A DNA stretch of 64,000 nucleotides, taken from positions 1 through 64,000 of the forward strand of contig CAVTRY010000006.1 of the NCBI GenBank assembly GCA_963737265.1, in the 5' to 3' direction. Shown piece after piece: positions 51,952 through 60,998 of this stretch (positions are counted from its first letter, which is position 1; the number at the start of each line of letters is the position of its first letter). The notes below the pieces were generated by a model. It was not told where the DNA came from, did not search any database, and saw only the letters and a program-made list of their open reading frames with translations. A program made the position numbers and the translations under genes. The DNA comes from an uncultured delta proteobacterium (GTDB lineage Bacteria > Myxococcota_A > Polyangia > Fen-1088).

Positions 51952-52151
51952 GGTGCACCTTTCTTTCGAACGCAAGCCTGCCGCGATAGACGGAAGCGCG
52001 TGCGCACAGCCGGATCGCGAACTCATTTATCCAGGTTTGCACGAGCCGTCAACTACAGATGCGTTAGCAGCAGCGTTAGCATGCCGCCACTTGCCCACGC
52101 CATGGGCGCGACTTCTGGCTATACGCCGCCATCTCTGTAAGGATCGGCGTC

Positions 52152-54008
52152 ATGTCAGTCGAAAAGCCGCGCTTTCGCCGCGACCTTGAGGCGGTTGCCG
52201 TCGAGGCCGAGGGACGAGATTACGTCGAGGTCAGCGACCGGCGCACGGGCACGAGCTTTCGCTTCTACGATTTCGAGTACCGTGTCGCGCTGGCATTCGA
52301 CGGGCTGGCCTTCGACAAGGTCGCGCCGTGGGTGAAGTTGTCGAGTGGGCTGGAATTGACCGTCGCTCAGCTCGAGGAATTCGCCGCGCGTCTCGACGAG
52401 ATGGGTTTTCTCGAAACCGAAACCGGCTTCACACCCACGCCGCAGGTCGTACCGCGGCTGCTCGATCTGGCGGAAGCGAAAAACTCCTCAAGACGTGTCT
52501 ATCAATCGCAGGCCGAGCCCCGGCCGAGCGAGCAAGCCCGCCCGCGAGGCGCGACGAGCGCGCATAGCGCGGGCTCTGTAAGCGAGGAGCAACGAAGCGG
52601 GCGGGCTGCGCAGCCGGACGGGCGACGGGAGCGATTGATGGACACGTCTTCAGACACTGGCCTCGATCGCGAGCTCGAAGCGCTGGTTGCGACGACGGCG
52701 GCCGTCGCCAGCGACGCCGCGGAAGTCGCGGAACCGGTGACGGCGGTAGACACCGCGCCCCTAGCGGTGGCTGAGCCACGCGCGAAAGCGGCGACCCCGC
52801 CCGACGCCGCGGCGGAGACAACTGCGGCGCCGGCAAGTCGCGTGGATGCAACCGCGTTTCCCGTGCTGCCGGCGTCGTCTCCGCCGCGAACGATCGAGGC
52901 CGACCTTCCCGCCTCACCCTTGCCGCCCGCGTGGACGACGCCGCGGCCGATGATGACACCGGTGCCGGTCACCTTCGGGCCCAGCTTGTTTTCCGATCCG
53001 CCATCGCCCGCGGTCCGGCGGCGGCGGCGACGCTCTTTCGTCCTGTTCGCCTCGGCTGGTATCGTCGCGGCGATGGCGGTTCTCCTGCTGGTGCTGCCGT
53101 TTCTGTTCTCGCCCCGCGCCCCGTCGGCCGCCGAGGTGGCCACCCTGGTTGCCGCCCCGGGAACCGTTCTTCGCTATTTTGACGGGGCGGGCGTTATCGA
53201 GCCAGTCCCTGGCTTGGTGCTCAGGTTCCCAGCCCCGGGCAAGGTCATGCGTGTTGCAAGCCGCGGCGCCGCGCTGGCCGCCGGGGATGTCGCGGCGGCG
53301 GTCGAGGCCGCACGGCCCTTGCTGACTCAGCTTGGCCACCAGAGCGAAAGATTGGCGTTCTATCGCCAGATGACCGAGGCCATGAACCAGGTTGGAAATA
53401 CCAAGGAAGAAGGACAGCAAGCCGCGCAGGTCGAGCAGAGGACGGCAAACATCGCGCGGACGCGGCGTGCCCTGACCGATGTCGCGGTGGTGGCGAACGA
53501 TCCCGGTCAGGTCGAGGAAGCCCTGGTCCACGAAGGCGACCTCGTGCAGGCGGGCAGTCCGGCCTTGCGCTTGCGCTCGGCCGGATTTCGCGTGACCTTC
53601 GATCTACCGCGCGGCGAGGCGACGCGTGCGCGGCGCCTCGGCTTCTGCGAAGTTGAAGTGGATGGCTACCTTGTGGATTGCAATCCCGTCGCAACCAACT
53701 CCGAGGACACCCGCGTGAGCGTCGCGCTAGCGTCCGTTCCGGCGTCGCTGCTCGACAAGCCGGCGCACCTCGTCCGGGCGCGGTTCGTGGGCGCTCTCGT
53801 CGTGCCGGCCGCCGCGATCGCACGGACCGGGAGCCACGATCAAGCTCTGCTTGTCTCTCCGCGGGGGCAGGCGGAAGCACGCCCCGTGACCGTGGCGGAA
53901 CGAAACGCGACGGAAGCCGTCGTCGTTCAGGGTTTGGATGCTGGCGATCGCATCATCATCGAGGGGCCGGCCGGCCTGGCCGCGGGCATGCCCGTTCGGA
54001 CTCGCTAG
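52152..54008 (+). CDS. Membrane-fusion-protein-like adaptor with N-terminal PqqD/RRE-like domain, carrying an in-frame MITE insertion
   Basis: N-terminal PRFRRDL...D.RTG..F...LDEMGFLE; Ala/Pro linker; TM; VHEGDLVQAG.P, VVPAAAI, V.QGLDAGDRII (MFP C-terminal motifs). Confidence 0.7.
   Translation: MSVEKPRFRRDLEAVAVEAEGRDYVEVSDRRTGTSFRFYDFEYRVALAFDGLAFDKVAPWVKLSSGLELTVAQLEEFAARLDEMGFLETETGFTPTPQVVPRLLDLAEAKNSSRRVYQSQAEPRPSEQARPRGATSAHSAGSVSEEQRSGRAAQPDGRRERLMDTSSDTGLDRELEALVATTAAVASDAAEVAEPVTAVDTAPLAVAEPRAKAATPPDAAAETTAAPASRVDATAFPVLPASSPPRTIEADLPASPLPPAWTTPRPMMTPVPVTFGPSLFSDPPSPAVRRRRRRSFVLFASAGIVAAMAVLLLVLPFLFSPRAPSAAEVATLVAAPGTVLRYFDGAGVIEPVPGLVLRFPAPGKVMRVASRGAALAAGDVAAAVEAARPLLTQLGHQSERLAFYRQMTEAMNQVGNTKEEGQQAAQVEQRTANIARTRRALTDVAVVANDPGQVEEALVHEGDLVQAGSPALRLRSAGFRVTFDLPRGEATRARRLGFCEVEVDGYLVDCNPVATNSEDTRVSVALASVPASLLDKPAHLVRARFVGALVVPAAAIARTGSHDQALLVSPRGQAEARPVTVAERNATEAVVVQGLDAGDRIIIEGPAGLAAGMPVRTR
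52491..52649 (+). mobile_element. 159-bp MITE, copy 1 (TCA target duplication)
   Basis: TCA|AGACGTGTCTATCAATCGC...GCGATTGATGGACACGTCT|TCA; 19-bp TIR with one mismatch. Confidence 0.92.
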
Positions 54009-54025
54009 CGCTAGCGAACGCGCCA

Positions 54026-54412
54026 CTAGGGCGGATAGCCGTCGGTCTGCCAGTTTTGCAACAACTTCTTTCCGTTGGGGCCGACGCCTTCGCCCCACAG
54101 CCCGGCGGGCGGCATGTGGTCGTTGAGGGTGGCCTTGACGAGACGGGATCCTTGATCGAAGGCTCCCTGCACGCCGTTCGATGTCGCGTAGACATCGAGC
54201 CGGAAATTGGTCGGCGCGCCGCGGGTGGCGGGATAGCCGTGGCACAAGAGACAATGATCCGCGAGCAAGGGTTTGACGTCCAGCTCGAACGTGGGATGGG
54301 CTGGCACAGTGGCGATATCGGGCTTGGCACATGCCGACAGGGACGCTGTCAGCACGACCAACAGCGACCGCAGTAAACGCGCGAGCCGAGGATTCCGGTA
54401 TTGCTTCAACAT
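54026..54412 (-). CDS. Monohaem c-type cytochrome lipoprotein
   Basis: Lipobox LSAC, PTF..DV.P.L..HCLLCH, distal MPP, W..DG.P. Confidence 0.8.
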   Translation of the reverse strand: MLKQYRNPRLARLLRSLLVVLTASLSACAKPDIATVPAHPTFELDVKPLLADHCLLCHGYPATRGAPTNFRLDVYATSNGVQGAFDQGSRLVKATLNDHMPPAGLWGEGVGPNGKKLLQNWQTDGYPP

Positions 54413-54430
54413 GGCGTCCTTTCCTCGAAA

Positions 54431-55159
54431 TCAGAACACCCACGACAGGCCGGCCGCGGTCATGAATCCGAACGTCGTCCAGCCCACAATCTGGTGAGCC
54501 TGCGCCATCTGCTTGAGACCGCTTGGATTGCCTGCGTCGGCCTGACGAGCCGTGATGAAACCGAGCGCGACCTCGGCTAGCATGCCCGCGGTCGCGCCGA
54601 TGGCGGCCAGGCGATGCACGAGCGCGGTATCGAGCTGGAGCGGCTTTTTGTAGGGCGAGGGCGCCAGCAGCGAATAGATTCCCGTCGTCGCGAACAGCGC
54701 AGCCGTGGGATAGACGAGGAGGCGATGGGGCATTTGATAACTTCCCCTGCCGCTGCCGCCGCCATAGAGATCGTTGTAGTTGAGCTGCCCGACCACGCAG
54801 CTCGCTCCCATGAGGATCCAGGTCGCGATTCCGAGCGTCTGGTGGATCTCCAAGCGATGCCGGCGCGTCTTCGACAGCTGGTCGACGCTGGCGTCCTTCG
54901 CCGTGGTATCCGCGCCAGGCGTCGCGCCGGGCTCCGCAGCAAAGAAGTTGAAGTCGAGGCCGGGCGGTTTGCTGCCGGGTGCCGGCAGCGGTATGGATTG
55001 TGGCAACTTTTCCGAGGACGCGTGGGGTGTGACCACCGCTGGCACGCTCTCCGTCGGCGCGGATTCGTTCTCCGCAGGCGCGGGCGTCTGCGCCCAAGCG
55101 GCGACAGGCGCGAAAAGCGGGGCAAAGAGCAACAACCAAACTGCTGGGATACGGTTCAT
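54431..55159 (-). CDS. Membrane protein with His-containing helices (possible haem b binder)
   Basis: Signal peptide, Pro-rich linker, four hydrophobic helices each preceded by His (IHQTLG, PHRLL, VHRLA, AHQIVG). Confidence 0.65.
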   Translation of the reverse strand: MNRIPAVWLLLFAPLFAPVAAWAQTPAPAENESAPTESVPAVVTPHASSEKLPQSIPLPAPGSKPPGLDFNFFAAEPGATPGADTTAKDASVDQLSKTRRHRLEIHQTLGIATWILMGASCVVGQLNYNDLYGGGSGRGSYQMPHRLLVYPTAALFATTGIYSLLAPSPYKKPLQLDTALVHRLAAIGATAGMLAEVALGFITARQADAGNPSGLKQMAQAHQIVGWTTFGFMTAAGLSWVF

Positions 55160-55290
55160 TACGATGACGGAAATTAGCCTATTTCGCCCGCGATGCAATG
55201 ACCGGGAGGGGAAAAACGGATTTTGAATGCCGAAATTAACGGCGCATCCGATCGGCAAAATCCGCACGAACCGTGCATCTGGCTCCGCCA

Positions 55291-56340
55291 TCAACGACGG
55301 CTGCTTCCGCCGCGTACGAGCGCAGCCTGCACGGCCAGGATTACCTTGCGGGCCAACGCCGAAAGGGGCGCGGCGAGCGGGTCGGGCCACCACTTCTGTC
55401 CGGCCGCTTTTCTCGTCGTCGCAAGGTACACGCCGGCGCTCACGTGGCGGTGGGTGAGCTCGTGAAAGACTTGCGCCAGGCGCGGGCCGAGCGGCTGGCC
55501 GAGGCGCGCGGCGAGATCCCTTTTGGCCCGGATGCCGCTGGCGCTCGGCAATTCCCACAGCCCGGGCCACAGACCGTCGAGGGAGCGCTGTTCGAGCAGG
55601 ACCGCGCCCTCGCGCTCGCTCCAGGCGAAGGCAATGCGCAGAGATCTGCGTGGGGCCTTCGCGGCCTTGCCGGGATATGCCGCCTGCGCTCCGTCGCAAG
55701 ACGCGCGACAGATCCGGCGCAGGGGGCAGGCAAGGCATGCCGGCGCGTCTGGCCGGCACAGCGTCGCGCCGATGTCCATGAGCGCCTGGTTGATCTCGCC
55801 CGGCTGCCGGCAATCGACGAGACGTTGCGCCTGGGCGCGCACGGCGCGAACCAGAGCCGGGTCGGAAGCTCGGCCGGGCAAGGCAAACACGCGCGCGAGC
55901 ACGCGCACGAGGTTGCCGTCTACAGCGGCAGCGCGCGCGCCGTAGGCAATCGACGCGACGGCCGCGGCGGTGTAGGCCCCGATTCCGGGCAGCCCGCGCA
56001 GACCGGCCTCGTCCGCGGGCAGCTTGCCACCCAGATCGGAAACGATCAGGCGCGCGGCCTTGTGCAGGTTGCGCGCGCGCCGGTAATAGCCAAGTCCTGC
56101 CCAGGCTTCACACACGGTGCGCTCCTCCGCCGCCGCGAGCGCTTTCAGGTCGGGGAACTGGCGCAAAAAAACGGAAAAGCGGGGCACCACGGTTTGCACT
56201 TGCGTCTGCTGCAACATGACCTCGGAGACCCAGATGGCGTAGGGCTCGCGGGTTTGCCGCCAAGGCAGGTCGCGACCGTGTTTGCGATAGAACGCCAGCA
56301 GCGCCCGACGGAGCTCGCTGATGACCGCTAGCGTTTCCAG
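55291..56340 (-). CDS. mutY: A/G-specific adenine glycosylase MutY (start uncertain, possibly CTG at 56340)
   Basis: RDLPWR.TREPYAIWVSEVMLQQTQV, WAGLGYYRRARNL, LPGIGAYTA, VDGN, C-x6-C-x2-C-x5-C. Confidence 0.93.
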   Translation of the reverse strand: METLAVISELRRALLAFYRKHGRDLPWRQTREPYAIWVSEVMLQQTQVQTVVPRFSVFLRQFPDLKALAAAEERTVCEAWAGLGYYRRARNLHKAARLIVSDLGGKLPADEAGLRGLPGIGAYTAAAVASIAYGARAAAVDGNLVRVLARVFALPGRASDPALVRAVRAQAQRLVDCRQPGEINQALMDIGATLCRPDAPACLACPLRRICRASCDGAQAAYPGKAAKAPRRSLRIAFAWSEREGAVLLEQRSLDGLWPGLWELPSASGIRAKRDLAARLGQPLGPRLAQVFHELTHRHVSAGVYLATTRKAAGQKWWPDPLAAPLSALARKVILAVQAALVRGGSSRR

Positions 56341-59300
56341 AGTGTCATCCCACGGTAGTCGTTGCTAAAGCCAATCCGCCGAAGGACCTCGGCGTAGGGT
56401 GAAGCCATCGGACTCGCGTCGTTGACGGTCTCCACGATGACCGACGACAGTGGCGAAAATTCTCGGCTGAGGAATAGTCGATAAATGGCCAACGCGGATT
56501 CGAGCGCGGGATGGTCAGGTTCCACCAAGACCGTCAGCTCCCGACTGCTTCGCTCGACCACCAGCATCAGTCGGCTGCCGAGAAACGCCATCCAATTGCC
56601 GGCGATGCGGCGGGGTAAGTGCGCGGGAAGACCGTCGAGACCCAAGCCGCACAGCGAAGCCGGGTCGCAAGCATTTACGAAATAGATGCGCTCGCCGGGC
56701 AACGGGTCGGCCAGGCGACGAATGGCTTCGTGGGTGGCGAATTGAATTCCAGGCGCGCCCGCGAAGAAATGCCCCGACACGATTTCGCCCGAAAGCTCCA
56801 GCAAGCGCAGCGCCCGAAACAGCCTGGGCCAGCGCAGGGCGGGCAGCTCGTGTTCGAGGAGCTCGCGAAACACCACACCGAAGCGCCCCAGCACCATGCG
56901 CGCACGCTCTTTTTCCAGCTCGGCGTGTTGCACCGGACTCTTGCCGCTCGGACTCTGAACGAGCTTCCAAATCCCGGTGCTGGGTCGGGAGCGCTCCCAG
57001 CGGCGAAAACCCGCGCGGCCGCCATTGCCGATTTGTTTCACCTCTTGGGCGGAGAAACCATTCAAGACGCCACGCCGGACGGTTTCGTAGCTGTCGGTGG
57101 AGGCGCGCCCCTGCCAAGCCAAGCTCCACAACGTCTGGGCGAGCCTCGCGGTGTCGAGCGCGGTCGCCGCCGCCACATCGAAAAAGCCGAGCCCGCCGCT
57201 CGCTTGCTGGAGTCGCTGCGCGACCAAGGATTCGCCATCTCCCTGTTCGCCATCTTCCTGTTCGGCGGAGCGGTCGCTATCGACCAAGAACAGCTCTTGG
57301 TCGCTCGGAAAAGCGAAGCCGACTTTCTCCTTGCCACAACCTATCCAAGTCAATCCGTACGACAAAAAGAGCGTGTCCAGCCATGACGGATAGTAGGTTT
57401 CGAGCCGGCAGGGCAGGATGGCCTCTTCCCACAGCTCGGCGGGAAGGGGAAAACCAAATAGGCGATCGAGGGCGGCTTGCAGCGGTTCGAGACCGCTGCT
57501 TTGTCGGGAGAGGCCGTGCCATTCGGCGAGAAAGAGCGGCAAGTCTTCCATGGGTCTCGTGGGCAGCGACTGTCCGACCTCGGCGCGCCGGCCGGCGCGA
57601 TGCAGGCGGAGCAAGCGTTCGGCATTCTCGGCGTCGCAGAAGAGACGCTCGGCCAGGCCGTCGAGCAGCGGGCCCGCGACGATGCTTTCGCTTTCCAGCA
57701 GCTCATCGATGAGAGGCGGGAGCTCGGCCGCCCCCACCCCGAGAGCCGCAGAGATCTCGTCCGGCGAAACCGCGGCGCGACTGCGCAAGTAGTCGGCGAT
57801 CAGCCTGGCGGCAGACTCGGACTCCGAGCGATAGGGATGGGACTGCAAGTAATCGGTGACCTGCTCGCACGCTCCGCCGGACAATCGGCGCAAACCGCGC
57901 AGGTCGAGGCAGTCGATCCCGCGCAAAAACAAAACCCGCGGCACATCCCCGAGATCGGAGACCAGCTCCTGCGTCGCGCCGGGGAGAATGTAGGCCACGA
58001 GCGAGCTCAAAGTATCTGCGTCGCGGGATACCTTCTCGTCGGGGGAAAGCTGCGCAAGCCAAGCTTCGACGATGGCGCTCGGCAAAAGCACAATCTCGCG
58101 CACGGCGAGTAGGATCTCCTCGCGCGTGGCCGGCTGGTAGCCCGGATGGGTGCGCAGGAGCTTGCTGGTAAAGGCTGTGGCAAGTTGCTCCGGCACCGTT
58201 GGCGGCGCGCTGGCGTCGTGGAACAGATCGCGAAAGAGCTCGTCCGACAGATTCGACCGGCCGCCCGGGCCCGGCGCATCGTCGAGATACATGTGATAGT
58301 TGGTCTGGCGGAACACGACGCCGTCGGAAAAAGGGGTGGGGTGGGCCGGCCACGATACGTTCAGGGCGATGCGCTTGGCGGCGACGTCGTCGAGCAGGCC
58401 AGCCAGGGTGGGGATCTCGAATTCGTCCTCGAGTAGGTCGCGCCAGGTTTCGAGCAAGATGGGAAAGTCCTGCAGCCGCAGGACCGACGCCAGCAGCTTC
58501 TTCGCGCGCAGGCGATTGAGCCAAAGCGGATAGCGTTTCCTGGCGTCCCCGCGCGGAAGCAGCAGCGCCCGGCTGGCGTTCTCGCGAAAGCGCGAGCCGA
58601 AGAGCGCCGTCTTCTCCAAGCGCGAACGCAGAAGCTCGTCGAGCGCACTGGCCGACACCAGCTCAAACACGGCCGCCGGGTCGAAAGCATCGGGCAGCAT
58701 GAAGAGGATGTGATCGTTGGTCGCGAAACTGTCGAGCGGGCTGTCGTGACCGCGCTCCCAGGCTTCGGACATGGCCAAGGCCAGCGGGCGATTCACCCGG
58801 CCGCCCCAGAAGGTATGAAAGATCACCTGCTGCATGTCCGCTGGCGCCGACGGATCCTTGCTGCATTCGACGAGCACGCGCTGGCGGCCGGGAAGGGGCG
58901 CGCGCGACACCTCGCGCTGGCGCGCCAGGCAACGCACCAGGCTGCGCGCGGCGGCGGCGTCCATCCCGTGACGCGCGCGCAGCTCGCCGGCAAGATCGTC
59001 GGCAGCATCGTCGGCAGCGCCGAGCCCGGCGAGGTGTTTCTCGCAGACGTCGAAAAAATCCAGTAGCGCGAATGACGCCTGCGTCGATCGGTTCTGTTCG
59101 TCGGCCTTCCAAAACGGAATCATCGAGCCGCTTGGATTGGCGGGACCCACTTCGACATCGTTGTGGGTCACCTTGAGAATACGCCACGCCTGCGTGCCCA
59201 GGCTGAACTGATCGCCGAGCCTGCGCTCGCACACGAATTCCTCGTCGAGCTCGCCGAGCACGGCTTTGCTGTCGGCCAAGCGCAGGTGGTAGTAGCCGCG

Positions 59301-60824
59301 ATCGGGAATAGTTCCGCCGGATTGATAGAGGATAAATTCGGTCCCACTTCGGGCGGTGAAGGTGTGATCGACGCTATCGACGAGCGCCCGCAGCCGCAAC
59401 TCGCGCACCGGCGCGTCGGCGTAGCGGCCGGCGAGCATGGCCAAGACCAGATCGAAATGCGCACGCGGCAGGTCGTGATAGGCCGCGATGGTGCGCACGA
59501 AGGCGTAAAGTCGACCGATCTCCCAGACCGTCTGGCAGCCCATGGACAGCAGCACCTGCGCTAGCACGTCGAGGGCGTTTCTGATGGGACGAACTTCCTC
59601 TACCAAGCCTTGCCGGATCATTCCTTCCATCGACGCAGCCTGCGCGCCGTCGAGACCGTGCAGCACGAACAGACTGGCCCGGCTGGTGCCGCCCACGCGA
59701 TGGTCGGCGCGTCCGATGCGCTGGACCGACTGTGCGACCGAGGGCGGCGTGCCGACGAGAATTACTTCCTCGACCGAGCCGATGTCGATGCCGAGCTCTA
59801 GCGACCCGGTGGCCACGACAGCGCGCAGGCGGCCCTGCTTCATGCGTTCTTCGACCTCGAGGCGAATCTCGCGCGACAGCGAGCCGTGATGAGAATAGGC
59901 GACAGGTTCGCTCTCGCCAGCGTTGAGCAGGCGGGCAATCTTTTCCACCGTGCGCCGGCTGTTGGCGAATATGAGCGTGGAGCGGTTCTTGGCGATGATG
60001 GCCTTCACATCGCTGGCCAGCGCGTCCCACCACAGATCCGCCGCCTCCGGCCCCGGCGCAATTTCCACACCCGGCGCGCGCACGGTGAGCGCTATCGATC
60101 GCGCGTCGGTGGCGTGAACGATGGTCACCGGCCGCGGACGATAGCTGGCGCCCGACCCGTGATTGGTCATGGCGAAGCCGGCCATCCACGCGGCCACTAC
60201 CTCGGCCGGTCGCACGGTGGCGGACAGAGCGATACGCTGGAATTCGCCAGCCGAAAGCGTCAGGCGCTCGACCGCGGACATCATGTACGTGCCGCGTTTG
60301 CTCGCCGCCAGAGCGTGGATCTCGTCGAGGATCACGGTCTTGACGCCGTCGAATAGTTTCCGACTTTGCTTGCCGGTCAGCATCAGATTCAAGCTTTCCG
60401 GCGTCGTGATGAGAATTTCGGGCGGATGGCGCAGCATCGCGCGCCGTTCGTCGTCGGGCGTGTCGCCCGAGCGGGTCATCACGCGGATGGGCGGAAAGGC
60501 GACCTTCTCGCGCTCGAACAGGGCGCCCAGCTCCGCCAGCGGCTCGATCAGATTGAGGCGGATGTCGCTGTTGAGCGCCTTGAGCGGCGAAAGGTAGAGC
60601 GCGCGCACGACGCCGCCCGACCAGCGCCCAGTCACCAGGTTGTCGATGGCCGACAGGAACGCGGTCAGGGTCTTACCGCTGCCGGTGGGCGCGCTGACCA
60701 GCACGTGCCTCCCCTCGGCGATGAGCGGCCACGCCTGCGCCTGGGCATCCGTGGGCGCAGCAAAGCGACCCTCGAACCACCGGCGAACCAGGGGATGAAA
60801 TCCGTCGAGCTCGCGCTCGTCCAT
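56328..60824 (-). CDS. lhr: Lhr-family DEAD/DEAH-box ATP-dependent helicase (long form, ~1498 aa)
   Basis: APTGSGKT, SPLKAL, TTPESL, DEIH, SAT, HHGSLS, LELGIDIG, QRIGRA, GGTIPDRG, GELDEEF; extended C-terminus with DPA motif. Confidence 0.93.
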   Translation of the reverse strand: MDERELDGFHPLVRRWFEGRFAAPTDAQAQAWPLIAEGRHVLVSAPTGSGKTLTAFLSAIDNLVTGRWSGGVVRALYLSPLKALNSDIRLNLIEPLAELGALFEREKVAFPPIRVMTRSGDTPDDERRAMLRHPPEILITTPESLNLMLTGKQSRKLFDGVKTVILDEIHALAASKRGTYMMSAVERLTLSAGEFQRIALSATVRPAEVVAAWMAGFAMTNHGSGASYRPRPVTIVHATDARSIALTVRAPGVEIAPGPEAADLWWDALASDVKAIIAKNRSTLIFANSRRTVEKIARLLNAGESEPVAYSHHGSLSREIRLEVEERMKQGRLRAVVATGSLELGIDIGSVEEVILVGTPPSVAQSVQRIGRADHRVGGTSRASLFVLHGLDGAQAASMEGMIRQGLVEEVRPIRNALDVLAQVLLSMGCQTVWEIGRLYAFVRTIAAYHDLPRAHFDLVLAMLAGRYADAPVRELRLRALVDSVDHTFTARSGTEFILYQSGGTIPDRGYYHLRLADSKAVLGELDEEFVCERRLGDQFSLGTQAWRILKVTHNDVEVGPANPSGSMIPFWKADEQNRSTQASFALLDFFDVCEKHLAGLGAADDAADDLAGELRARHGMDAAAARSLVRCLARQREVSRAPLPGRQRVLVECSKDPSAPADMQQVIFHTFWGGRVNRPLALAMSEAWERGHDSPLDSFATNDHILFMLPDAFDPAAVFELVSASALDELLRSRLEKTALFGSRFRENASRALLLPRGDARKRYPLWLNRLRAKKLLASVLRLQDFPILLETWRDLLEDEFEIPTLAGLLDDVAAKRIALNVSWPAHPTPFSDGVVFRQTNYHMYLDDAPGPGGRSNLSDELFRDLFHDASAPPTVPEQLATAFTSKLLRTHPGYQPATREEILLAVREIVLLPSAIVEAWLAQLSPDEKVSRDADTLSSLVAYILPGATQELVSDLGDVPRVLFLRGIDCLDLRGLRRLSGGACEQVTDYLQSHPYRSESESAARLIADYLRSRAAVSPDEISAALGVGAAELPPLIDELLESESIVAGPLLDGLAERLFCDAENAERLLRLHRAGRRAEVGQSLPTRPMEDLPLFLAEWHGLSRQSSGLEPLQAALDRLFGFPLPAELWEEAILPCRLETYYPSWLDTLFLSYGLTWIGCGKEKVGFAFPSDQELFLVDSDRSAEQEDGEQGDGESLVAQRLQQASGGLGFFDVAAATALDTARLAQTLWSLAWQGRASTDSYETVRRGVLNGFSAQEVKQIGNGGRAGFRRWERSRPSTGIWKLVQSPSGKSPVQHAELEKERARMVLGRFGVVFRELLEHELPALRWPRLFRALRLLELSGEIVSGHFFAGAPGIQFATHEAIRRLADPLPGERIYFVNACDPASLCGLGLDGLPAHLPRRIAGNWMAFLGSRLMLVVERSSRELTVLVEPDHPALESALAIYRLFLSREFSPLSSVIVETVNDASPMASPYAEVLRRIGFSNDYRGMTLWKR

Positions 60825-60998
60825 GACCCGAAGCTTACGCGATCCCCCACTCGCCAATGATCGCCACAAGATCCTCGACGACGGAAACGTCAGGCTAGAG
60901 TTCAAGAAGTCCAGCAGGGGTACTGCCTCTGGGCTCTGGGGCAGCGTAACGCACCGCCGCTTGCTGGAATATTTGGGACGCCCCGTGGTTCTATACCT

